Positions 8,011 to 15,209 of a DNA stretch of 40,697 nt are shown here, piece after piece; the first letter of the stretch is position 1; every line of letters begins with the position of its first letter. Position numbers and translations under genes: made by a program. The notes below the pieces were generated by a model that ran no database searches, was not told the DNA's origin, and saw only the letters and a list, made by a program, of their open reading frames with translations. The DNA is taken from the IMG/VR virus record IMGVR_UViG_2541047891_000003. One strand, 5' to 3'. This DNA is from a virus (taxonomy: Duplodnaviria; Heunggongvirae; Uroviricota; Caudoviricetes).

Positions 8011-9081
8011 ATGGCTAACGCCTGGCTCAGATTATGGCATGACATGCCAAATGACCCTAAGTGGCGAACAATTGCCAGGGTGTCAGGGCAGCCAATTGCA
8101 ACAGTGATGGCAGTGTATATCCACCTCCTGGTGAGCGCGTCACGAAATGTCACGCGAGGTCACATTGATGTCACGACAGAAGATTTGGCAAGTGCGCTCG
8201 ACGTGACAGAAGAGGTAATTGATTCAATTTTGCAGACGATGCAGGGGCGGGTACTTGATGGTGATTTAATCACTGGATGGGAAAAACGCCAGGTGCTGAA
8301 AGAGGACAACGGCAATATTTCGCAAACCGCAAAATCTCCTGCAGAGCGCAAGAGGGCGCAGCGAGAGAGGGAAAGAAAGCGGGAACAAAATGGAGATTGT
8401 CACGGCGCGTCACGAAATGTCACGCACATGTCACGACGAGTCACGACAGATAAAGATACAGATAAAGATACAGATCAAGAAGATCAAAACACTATGGTCC
8501 ATGGCGTAAAAAACGCCACGAACCAGGCAGGGGATGTTCAGACCGTCAATCCTGGTCAGCCAGCAGGCACGACACCGGAAGCCGATTCAGCGTATGCGCT
8601 GAAAGCCGATTCGGGCGCTGTGCAGCAGGTGATGACCGCAAGGCCGGAGCAATCACACCAACTGCAGCAGCCTGAAGCCGATTCCGCCATTCAGCGGGAA
8701 GCCGATCGGGTAGTCCCGGAAAACACCGGGCAGCCTGTGGGACGAGTGGATTATCCGGATGTGTTCGAACAGGTCTGGCGGGAATACCCGTTGCGTGCCG
8801 GGGCAAACCCGAAGAAATCCGCTTTCAGTGCCTGGAAGGCCAGATTACGCGAGGGGGTGTCACCAGAGGCCATGCTGGATGGCGTGAGGCGTTACGCAAG
8901 ATACCTTGCGGCTACCGGGAAAACGGGAACGGAATTTGTTCAGCGAGCGACGACGTTTTTTGGACCGGACCGGAATTTTGAAAACCCCTGGCTGCTCCCG
9001 GTAAGCGGCACGAACAACCAGCGTTGTGTGAATCATATTTCTGAACCGGATACCGAAATTCCGCTGGGCTTCAGGGGGTAA
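8011..9081 (+). CDS. Replication initiator / replisome organiser (O-like, YdaU-type N-terminal domain)
   Basis: ATG at 8011 with RBS AGAGGTGA upstream; N-terminal replisome-organiser-like region; iteron repeats embedded in the coding sequence. Confidence 0.65.
   Translation: MANAWLRLWHDMPNDPKWRTIARVSGQPIATVMAVYIHLLVSASRNVTRGHIDVTTEDLASALDVTEEVIDSILQTMQGRVLDGDLITGWEKRQVLKEDNGNISQTAKSPAERKRAQRERERKREQNGDCHGASRNVTHMSRRVTTDKDTDKDTDQEDQNTMVHGVKNATNQAGDVQTVNPGQPAGTTPEADSAYALKADSGAVQQVMTARPEQSHQLQQPEADSAIQREADRVVPENTGQPVGRVDYPDVFEQVWREYPLRAGANPKKSAFSAWKARLREGVSPEAMLDGVRRYARYLAATGKTGTEFVQRATTFFGPDRNFENPWLLPVSGTNNQRCVNHISEPDTEIPLGFRG
8137..8480. repeat. Iteron array (GTCACG-containing direct repeats) plus GATAAAGATACA tandem repeat; candidate replication origin inside the initiator gene
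   Basis: 19-mer GCGTCACGAAATGTCACGC at 8137-8155 and 8407-8425; TCACGACAGA at 8171-8180 and 8441-8450; GATAAAGATACA x2 at 8450-8473. Confidence 0.6.
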
Positions 9082-9121
9082 GTGTTTATTTCAGCTCATG
9101 AGGTAATTTTCAGGAGGACTT

Positions 9122-9529
9122 GTGGCAAAAGTTTTTACACAAGAAGAGCGGGAAAAAATTAAAGGGCAGGTTGTTGAACTTGTACGCCAGAGTGGGCGCG
9201 AGACGTTACGACAACTGGAAGCTAAAACCGGGGCAACAAGATATCTGATGAGTGTTCTCGCCAGAGAGCTGGTTGCCAGTGGCGATGTATACAATTCTGG
9301 CTACGGGTTATTCCCGTCTGAACAGGCTCGTAAGGACTGGCAAAACGCCCGCAAAAAACTCTCAAGGGCAAAGCTGAAGAAAAAAACACCTGTGGTTGAT
9401 CCGGACCTTATCTGGTCGTTACCAGACGGAGAAATACGTCGTTATGACAGGCGTCAGAACATAATCTGTAGCGAGTGCCGGGAAAGCGAAGTTATGCAGC
9501 GTATACTAACGTTCTATTGGGGAATATAG
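9122..9529 (+). CDS. Hypothetical protein (possible winged-helix DNA-binding protein)
   Basis: 135-aa ORF with GTG start and GGAGG 4 nt upstream; no family recognised. Confidence 0.5.
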   Translation: MAKVFTQEEREKIKGQVVELVRQSGRETLRQLEAKTGATRYLMSVLARELVASGDVYNSGYGLFPSEQARKDWQNARKKLSRAKLKKKTPVVDPDLIWSLPDGEIRRYDRRQNIICSECRESEVMQRILTFYWGI

Positions 9530-9544
9530 CCACTAAATAAGGTA

Positions 9545-9856
9545 ATGAACCAAATGAACACGGAAAAAGCGAAAACGCAGCTCAGGATAATGCTTGCCGG
9601 TCCGGCTGCGAGTTATGCGACACATTCACCAGCCATAAAAAAGGTTCTTGATGAACTGGAGGCCAAAGACAAGCGCATTGCAGAACTGGAGGCAAGGGAA
9701 GTCCAGCTACCGGCTGGCTATGAACTTCGATATGGACACCCGATAAATGCTGATGAGCGCCATGTCATGATACCTAAGGAAAATGGCAGCTGGATTTATC
9801 TGGCTGATTTAGAGCGCGCACTACGTGTTGCTGGCATTCGCATCAAAGGAGAGTGA
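9545..9856 (+). CDS. Hypothetical protein
   Basis: 103-aa ORF; the start may instead be the ATG at 9554. Confidence 0.5.
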   Translation: MNQMNTEKAKTQLRIMLAGPAASYATHSPAIKKVLDELEAKDKRIAELEAREVQLPAGYELRYGHPINADERHVMIPKENGSWIYLADLERALRVAGIRIKGE

Positions 9857-9857
9857 C

Positions 9858-10214
9858 GTGGAAATAAAACCAGAAGATGAGTTAAGTAATATTGTTTTAT
9901 TTCCGGTAAAAGAAGATGACCCACGTAATCAGGTTAATTTTCTTTATGAGCCATCGGAAAGACCATATTGCCATCACGCTTCTGTCCGGGTTGATGAAAA
10001 AGAGCGTCAGGTCCGCTGTAAAATCTGCGGTGCAGTTGTGGAGCCGTTTGACTGGATGCTCTCTGTGGCGAAAAGAGAAACCAGACTGGCAGATGATGTA
10101 AGGCTATTGCGTCAGGAGGAACGGGAAAGGCGGAAAAATATAGAAAAGCTAATTCAGATTGAGCGTAACGCAAAAGCGCGGATACGCAGAGCGACAAAAT
10201 CCAGAACTGAATAA
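9858..10214 (+). CDS. Hypothetical zinc-ribbon protein
   Basis: GTG at 9858 preceded by AAGGAGAG; CHH...CKIC motif; basic C-terminus. Confidence 0.5.
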   Translation: MEIKPEDELSNIVLFPVKEDDPRNQVNFLYEPSERPYCHHASVRVDEKERQVRCKICGAVVEPFDWMLSVAKRETRLADDVRLLRQEERERRKNIEKLIQIERNAKARIRRATKSRTE

Positions 10215-10307
10215 TTAAATTTAGCACGGTTAAAAATTTAATCCTTTACCGGAGGGATTTCTGCACCCTCAGAACAGCAGGAGACCACCCGAAAGGGCGG
10301 TAGTGAA

Positions 10308-10490
10308 ATGCGAAAGTTCAAAGTAATTATTGAAACTGGAATAGCTGGTGGAGATTTTGAGGATGTATTCGAAGTGGACGATGACGCAACACCTGATGAA
10401 ATTCATGACGAAGCAAAAGAAATTTTCTTTAACTACTGCAATTACTCATATCACGAAATAAAAGACGAAGAGGAAGAACAAAATGGCTGA
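10308..10490 (+). CDS. Hypothetical acidic small protein
   Basis: 60-aa ORF, 8-nt overlap with the next small ORF. Confidence 0.45.
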   Translation: MRKFKVIIETGIAGGDFEDVFEVDDDATPDEIHDEAKEIFFNYCNYSYHEIKDEEEEQNG

Positions 10491-10659
10491 TTTTGGTTCA
10501 ACTAAATATAACGCCAGTTTTGAAGAATGGCATGAACTGTTAATGGACTATGCAGAGTTACGCGGTGGAAGTGCCGCCGATGCTGAAGCATGGCGTGATG
10601 ACTATGAAGCAGGAAAAACTCCGGTCGAAGCATATTGTGATGAGTGGGGCTATGAATGA
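10483..10659 (+). CDS. Hypothetical 58-aa protein (not in the ORF track)
   Basis: Hand-translated MADFGSTKYNASFEEWHELLMDYAELRGGSAADAEAWRDDYEAGKTPVEAYCDEWGYE; ATGA overlap with the downstream gene at 10656. Confidence 0.5.
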   Translation: MADFGSTKYNASFEEWHELLMDYAELRGGSAADAEAWRDDYEAGKTPVEAYCDEWGYE

Positions 10660-11171
10660 GCGAGATTAATTATCAGGAAGGGCATGAAACGGCAGGGCAG
10701 GCAAAACCAGTTGCATGGCGATATCGCTACGTGAAAAAAGGCGTTACGGACTTTCAGGAGAAGATGTGGGTTGGTGACTGGAAATATGTACCGACAAAAG
10801 AGGATTGCAACGACAGGCCGAGCTATGAGATTCAGGCATTATTCACTACCCCGCCAGTCCCGGTGATATCAGAAGGACTGGTTAAAGCCGTGCGCTTTTA
10901 TGAACAGGTAAAGCGTGAGAATCCACCAGTCGAAACAGGAGCATGGAAAGATGCTGTTGATTGGGTACTCAAAGAGGCCTGCTGTGCTGTCATTCTGGGT
11001 AAAGCCGACAATCCACTAGCATCCAGTAATCAGGTTGGCGAATTAACAATGTGGGTTAAACGACTGGTCAGTCAACTGAAAAAAGCTAATCCAGACTGCA
11101 AATTACCGGAGATGGCGATGGATTACCTGAAACGAAATGGACTGATAAGCGTGGAGGATGTTTTACGATGA
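10656..11171 (+). CDS. Hypothetical protein
   Basis: 171-aa ORF, translationally coupled to its neighbours. Confidence 0.6.
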   Translation: MSEINYQEGHETAGQAKPVAWRYRYVKKGVTDFQEKMWVGDWKYVPTKEDCNDRPSYEIQALFTTPPVPVISEGLVKAVRFYEQVKRENPPVETGAWKDAVDWVLKEACCAVILGKADNPLASSNQVGELTMWVKRLVSQLKKANPDCKLPEMAMDYLKRNGLISVEDVLR

Positions 11172-11251
11172 CCTGGCCTGAAGCATTCACAACGGTAGGA
11201 ATCGCACTGGCGGTGGCGCTGGTGGTGTATTCGATTTGCCGCTGGGGGTGA
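11168..11251 (+). CDS. Hypothetical 27-aa hydrophobic peptide (not in the ORF track)
   Basis: ATGA overlap with the upstream stop; MTWPEAFTTVGIALAVALVVYSICRWG is a single TM helix. Confidence 0.35.
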   Translation: MTWPEAFTTVGIALAVALVVYSICRWG

Positions 11252-11294
11252 TAAGTGGAATAGTGCGGGGTATCGTGCAGCCCCGCTGATTTGA

Positions 11295-11468
11295 TTATTT
11301 ATTTGGGGAGACAATGTCCTGAAGCGTGACGATTACTTCTTCATCTGTATCTGTATTTCGGAGTTGATATGTAATGTCGTCGTTTCTAATAATTTGCACT
11401 ACAAGCCATTCTCCATTTTTTTCACATAAGTGAACAGTACTGTTTTCCGATATACCATGAACGGTCAT
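11295..11468 (-). CDS. Hypothetical 57-aa protein (not in the ORF track)
   Basis: Hand-translated MTVHGISENSTVHLCEKNGEWLVVQIIRNDDITYQLRNTDTDEEVIVTLQDIVSPNK; AAGG about 9 nt upstream; AT-rich. Confidence 0.4.
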   Translation of the reverse strand: MTVHGISENSTVHLCEKNGEWLVVQIIRNDDITYQLRNTDTDEEVIVTLQDIVSPNK

Positions 11469-11679
11469 TTTTATACCTTTTGTGTTGTGTGAAGGAGCAG
11501 TATAGTCAGAAATGAGACAAGTGAAAGGGGATAGAAAGTAATAGTTTGTTTTTGTAGAATTGCTGCGGGTGCTTGAGGCTATCTGCCTCGGGCATGAACA
11601 CCAACGGCAGATAGAGAAAAGCCCCAGTTAACATTACGCGTCCGGCAAGACGCTTAACATTAATCTGAGGCATATCTGT

Positions 11680-11880
11680 ATGCGACACATAAAGATTAGC
11701 CTCTTAACAGTAAGAAATCAACTAACAGGGGGCTGTAATGCGAAGGAGCTATGTGTTTTGTCTGGTGGTGGTTTGCATCACCATTCTGATATTTGTCGGG
11801 ATGGTTCGCGGTTCGCTATGCGAGCTGCACATCAGGCAGGGAAACACAGAGCTTTCAGCGTATTTAGCCTACGAAGTTGA
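11680..11880 (+). CDS. mok: mok-like overlapping reading frame of a hok-family locus
   Basis: 66-codon ORF starting upstream of, and overlapping in another frame, the hok-like toxin ORF, as in hok/mok/sok loci. Confidence 0.4.
   Translation: MRHIKISLLTVRNQLTGGCNAKELCVLSGGGLHHHSDICRDGSRFAMRAAHQAGKHRAFSVFSLRS
11693..11721 (-). promoter_or_regulatory. sok: Candidate promoter for a Sok-like antisense RNA (minus strand: -35 TTGATT, 17-bp spacer, -10 TAATCT)
   Basis: Promoter-like hexamers on the minus strand positioned so the transcript would be complementary to the mok start region. Confidence 0.35.
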
Positions 11881-11890
11881 AAAACGTTAA
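11738..11890 (+). CDS. hok: Hok/Gef-family type I toxin (50 aa)
   Basis: Hand-translated MRRSYVFCLVVVCITILIFVGMVRGSLCELHIRQGNTELSAYLAYEVEKR; matches the Hok/Gef pattern (TM helix, SLCE motif, conserved C-terminal AYxAYE); GGGGG RBS upstream; not in the ORF track. Confidence 0.85.
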   Translation: MRRSYVFCLVVVCITILIFVGMVRGSLCELHIRQGNTELSAYLAYEVEKR

Positions 11891-11961
11891 GAGCTACGGC
11901 GGGGAGCAATTCCCGCCACTCTTTAAGTTGTCAGGTATCCTCAATGCACCCGCACTTAACC

Positions 11962-12012
11962 CGCTTTAGCGCTGATTTATGGGGATCCCTCAGCGCTTCG
12001 GCGGGTTTTTTG
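11962..12012 (+). terminator. Strong Rho-independent terminator (nested hairpin CCGC..GCGCTGA...TCAGCGC..GCGG then TTTTTT)
   Basis: Long imperfect hairpin followed by T-run 12007-12012; about 70 nt after the hok stop, consistent with a hok mRNA 3' end. Confidence 0.7.
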
Positions 12013-12093
12013 TTGTTTATTTTCGGTGAGCATGATGCATCTGGTTGTACTGATGTGGCTGGCTGATTCTGTTATTCAGGTGGCTTATTGCTG

Positions 12094-12121
12094 TTGATTG
12101 GTATGTCTTCACGGCTAGAAT
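12094..12121 (+). promoter_or_regulatory. Sigma70-like promoter candidate (TTGATT, 16-bp spacer, TAGAAT)
   Basis: Good hexamers with 16-bp spacing; followed by the perfect 12-bp palindrome CCCCTTAAGGGG at 12160-12171. Confidence 0.45.
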
Positions 12122-12201
12122 CGAGGATCTTAAGTAGCGCGCAGGGAGAAGAGGGATGGACCCCTTAAGGGGAGGTGTTTAAAGTTCACGGGATTTTGGT
12201 T

Positions 12202-12369
12202 ATGAACGATAAGGAATTAATTGCTGCGCTCTCTGTACCTGGTAATTATGAAGTAATAGTTCTTGAGAATGGTGAATTTATCGTAATGCCATTGCCACCC
12301 GATGTTATTCTGATCACCAAAGAATCGCATGCGGATTCGGTCAGTCACTTCAGCATTAAGAAAGACTAG
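12202..12369 (+). CDS. Hypothetical small protein
   Basis: ORF MNDKELIAALSVPGNYEVIVLENGEFIVMPLPPDVILITKESHADSVSHFSIKKD; start uncertain (GTG at 12175 sits immediately after the RBS). Confidence 0.4.
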   Translation: MNDKELIAALSVPGNYEVIVLENGEFIVMPLPPDVILITKESHADSVSHFSIKKD

Positions 12370-12435
12370 ATTATAATGCCGTAGTTAAAGCCAGCCTGAA
12401 CAACTGGCGTCTGTCGCACCATTACGAGGATAGTA

Positions 12436-12714
12436 GTGGTGCATTACAAGAAAATTAACAATTCTGATAATACAGCCGTCTTTGCCAGCAGGCACGGGCG
12501 GCGTTCTCATGCATTTAAATCTGACTGGTTCCAGCATGACCCATGCACTGAAGAACAGGCCGAATGGCTGATTCAGAACTATCGCAGACGTGGGTGTGAG
12601 TTTAGGAAAGCCCTCAGCCTCGATTATCGTCACTGGATAATCTACGTCAGGCTCCCTTATTCCGAACGCCCACCACGCCCGTCCCGCACATTCCAGCAAC
12701 GGATCTGGAGGTAA
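12436..12714 (+). CDS. Hypothetical protein
   Basis: 92-aa ORF with GTG start and GAGG 6 nt upstream; directly precedes the ydfU-like gene. Confidence 0.5.
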   Translation: MVHYKKINNSDNTAVFASRHGRRSHAFKSDWFQHDPCTEEQAEWLIQNYRRRGCEFRKALSLDYRHWIIYVRLPYSERPPRPSRTFQQRIWR

Positions 12715-12715
12715 C

Positions 12716-13765
12716 GTGCGGGTATTACTTCGACCTGTTCCGATACCGGAACTCGGGCTGGTGGTCCTTAAACCAGGCCGTGAATCCATGCAGGTATTTC
12801 ATAACTCTCGAGTGCTGGTGGAGCCGGAACCGAAAAGCATGCGCGGCCTGCCATCCGGGGTCGTCCCTGCCGTTCGCCAGCCGCTGGCTGAGGATAAATC
12901 ATTACTGCCATTTTTCAGCGATGAGCGGGTGATTCGTGCTGCTGGCGGCGCTGGCGCATTGTTTGACTGGTTACTGCGCCATGTTAAATCCTGCCAGTGG
13001 CCACACGGCGATTATCATCACAGCGAAACCGTCATTCACCGTTATGGTACCGGCGCGATGGTGTTGTGCTGGCACTGCGACAACCAGTTGCGTGACCAGA
13101 CATCCGAATCACTCGGGCAACTTGCTCATCAAAACCTGTCAGCATGGATGATTGACGTCATACGCCATGCAATGAATGGCACACAGGAGCGGGAATTATC
13201 GCTGGCTGAATTATCCTGGTGGGCAGTCTGCAATCAGGTGGCGGACGCGCTACCGGAGACAGTATTACGTCGTTCTCTGAGGTTACGTGCGGAAAAAATC
13301 CGCTCGGTGTACCGCGAAAGCGACATCATGCCGGGAGAGCAGACAGCCACCAGCATACTGAAGCAGCGCACAAAAAATATTGTGCTATCGCCTCACGCCC
13401 ACCAGCAACAGAACTCACCGCAGGAAAAGGCGGTGGTCAGCATTGCTGTTGATCCTGAGTCTCCGGAATCTTTCATGAAGCGACCTAAACGTCGCCGTTG
13501 GGTAAATGAGAAATATACGCGCTGGGTAAAGACACAGCCGTGTGCGTGTTGTGGTAAGCCAGCCGACGATCCCCATCACCTGATTGGTCACGGTCAGGGA
13601 GGGATGGGAACAAAGGCCCACGATATTTTCACGCTACCGTTGTGCCGGGAACATCACAATGAACTTCATGCGGATCCGCTGGCGTTCGAAGAAAAGCATG
13701 GTTCCCAGGTTGATTTAATTTTTCGTTTTCTTGATCACGCCTTTGCAACCGGCGTGCTCGGGTAA
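12716..13765 (+). CDS. ydfU: YdfU-like protein (DUF968, Cys/His-rich C-terminus)
   Basis: 349-aa ORF; C-terminus CACCGKPADDPHHLIGHGQGGMGTKAHD...CREHHNELH; same length as Qin YdfU. Confidence 0.7.
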   Translation: MRVLLRPVPIPELGLVVLKPGRESMQVFHNSRVLVEPEPKSMRGLPSGVVPAVRQPLAEDKSLLPFFSDERVIRAAGGAGALFDWLLRHVKSCQWPHGDYHHSETVIHRYGTGAMVLCWHCDNQLRDQTSESLGQLAHQNLSAWMIDVIRHAMNGTQERELSLAELSWWAVCNQVADALPETVLRRSLRLRAEKIRSVYRESDIMPGEQTATSILKQRTKNIVLSPHAHQQQNSPQEKAVVSIAVDPESPESFMKRPKRRRWVNEKYTRWVKTQPCACCGKPADDPHHLIGHGQGGMGTKAHDIFTLPLCREHHNELHADPLAFEEKHGSQVDLIFRFLDHAFATGVLG

Positions 13766-13777
13766 AAGAGGTTACTG

Positions 13778-14152
13778 ATGCGTATAGAGTTTGTTTTGCC
13801 TTATCCGCCGACGGTGAATACTTACTGGCGACGTCGTGGCAACACATATTTTGTATCAAAAGCCGGTGAGCGTTATCGTCGTGATGTGGCGCTCATTGTT
13901 CGCCAGCAGCGACTGAAATTAAACCTGTCCGGAAGGCTGGCGATAAAGATTATTGCAGAGCCACCGGATAAGCGCCGTCGTGACCTGGACAATATTCTGA
14001 AAGCACCACTGGATGCGCTGACGCATGCGGGACTGCTTATCGATGACGAGCAGTTTGATGAAATCAATATTGTGCGAGGTCAGGTCGTTCCTGGTGGTCG
14101 GCTGGGCGTGAAGATTTACGAAATAATGCATGACGGGCAGGTCCAAAAATGA
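13778..14152 (+). CDS. rusA: RusA-family Holliday junction resolvase
   Basis: 124-aa ORF with the RRRDLDNxxKAxxDALT motif typical of RusA. Confidence 0.85.
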   Translation: MRIEFVLPYPPTVNTYWRRRGNTYFVSKAGERYRRDVALIVRQQRLKLNLSGRLAIKIIAEPPDKRRRDLDNILKAPLDALTHAGLLIDDEQFDEINIVRGQVVPGGRLGVKIYEIMHDGQVQK

Positions 14153-14970
14153 AACTGGAAGATTTACCGAAATACTATTCCCCGAAATCGCCAGGCCTGA
14201 CTGATGCATCCGCCTCGACATCAAAAGATGCACTGAGTATCACTGATGTGATGGCTGCACAGGGCATGACACAGAACCGGGCTGAGATGGGATTTTCTGC
14301 GTTCCTGGGGAAAATGGGCATTAGTATGAACGACAGGGCGCGGGCAACAGAATTACTGGCAGATTATGCATTAAGTCAGTGCGATCGCGTGGCGGCGTTA
14401 AGAAAACTTCCGGCAGAAATAAAACCGGCAGTGATGCGCATTATGGCTTCGTATGCTTTTGAGGATTATGCCCGCAGTGCAGCGAGTAAAAAGCAGTGCC
14501 CTTGTTGCGGTGGGAAAAAATTTATTGAAAGCGTAGTTTTTACAAACAAGGTCCGGTATCCGGATGGTAAACCGCCGGTATGGGCAAAGTGTACAAAGGG
14601 TGTGTATCCGTCTTACTGGGAAGAATGGAAAAAAATCCGGGAGGTGGTGAAAGTTTCTTGTCCTGAATGTAAAGGGAAGGGGGAGATTTCCACTGCCTGT
14701 AAAGACTGCCGTGGGCGTGGTGTTGCCATTCATCGTGAAGAGTCGGAAAAACGGGGTATGCCTGTAATCAGGAACTGCCAGCGTTGTGGCGGTCGGGGCT
14801 ATGAAAGACTACCATCAACGGAGGCATTTAATGCCATACGCAAAGTGACGAGTGCTATCACGCTTGATACGTGGAAAAAATCAGTGAAACGCTTTTACGA
14901 TACGTTGGTGGTTCGGTTTGACATTGAAGAGGCATGGGCGGAGCGGCAGTTAAAGAGGGTAACGCGATAG
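14149..14970 (+). CDS. quuQ: Late-gene antiterminator Q (phage 82/Qin QuuQ-like, zinc-finger type)
   Basis: 273-aa ORF with multiple CxxC pairs; typical position upstream of the lysis genes. Confidence 0.75.
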   Translation: MKLEDLPKYYSPKSPGLTDASASTSKDALSITDVMAAQGMTQNRAEMGFSAFLGKMGISMNDRARATELLADYALSQCDRVAALRKLPAEIKPAVMRIMASYAFEDYARSAASKKQCPCCGGKKFIESVVFTNKVRYPDGKPPVWAKCTKGVYPSYWEEWKKIREVVKVSCPECKGKGEISTACKDCRGRGVAIHREESEKRGMPVIRNCQRCGGRGYERLPSTEAFNAIRKVTSAITLDTWKKSVKRFYDTLVVRFDIEEAWAERQLKRVTR

Positions 14971-14975
14971 TGTTG

Positions 14976-15003
14976 TTGATTTTTCCCGAATCTGTGGTAA
15001 ATT
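14976..15003 (+). promoter_or_regulatory. pR'-like late promoter candidate (TTGATT, 16-bp spacer, TAAATT)
   Basis: Hexamers just downstream of the Q stop; TAAATT resembles the lambda pR' -10 as I recall it. Confidence 0.5.
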
Positions 15004-15052
15004 TTCTCTAACGATGGGCGTTTTATGCCTGACGTTACAAGGATTTTTACAG

Positions 15053-15074
15053 CCCGCCATCGAGCGGGTTTTTT
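15053..15074 (+). terminator. tR'-like Rho-independent terminator (CCCGC-catcga-GCGGG then TTTTTT)
   Basis: 5-bp GC stem plus T-run about 50 nt downstream of the candidate pR' start, implying a short 6S-like transcript. Confidence 0.55.
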
Positions 15075-15209
15075 ATATCTGGAAAGCGGTGCATAACGTT
15101 AAACGTGATGGCGATTGCGCAATGAGTTTCTCCTGCTCTGAAGTCTCTTGACTGCATGGAATCTCCTTTGTTATGTAAGGTGAGTTAATGTTTTAAAATT
15201 GTTAGAGAG

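Noticed and set aside
8450-8480. Possible CRISPR-like short repeat
   Set aside because: It is only two to three copies of a 12-mer inside a coding region, with no spacers or array structure; interpreted as an origin-associated repeat instead.
11506-11688. 60-aa minus-strand ORF upstream of the hok locus
   Set aside because: It has no RBS, and the region is better explained as hok mRNA leader and Sok-like antisense RNA sequence; a noncoding role is more plausible.
12385-12789. 134-aa minus-strand ORF
   Set aside because: It overlaps two plus-strand genes that have RBSs and operon context; it is Pro/Gly/Arg-rich and likely an antisense artefact.
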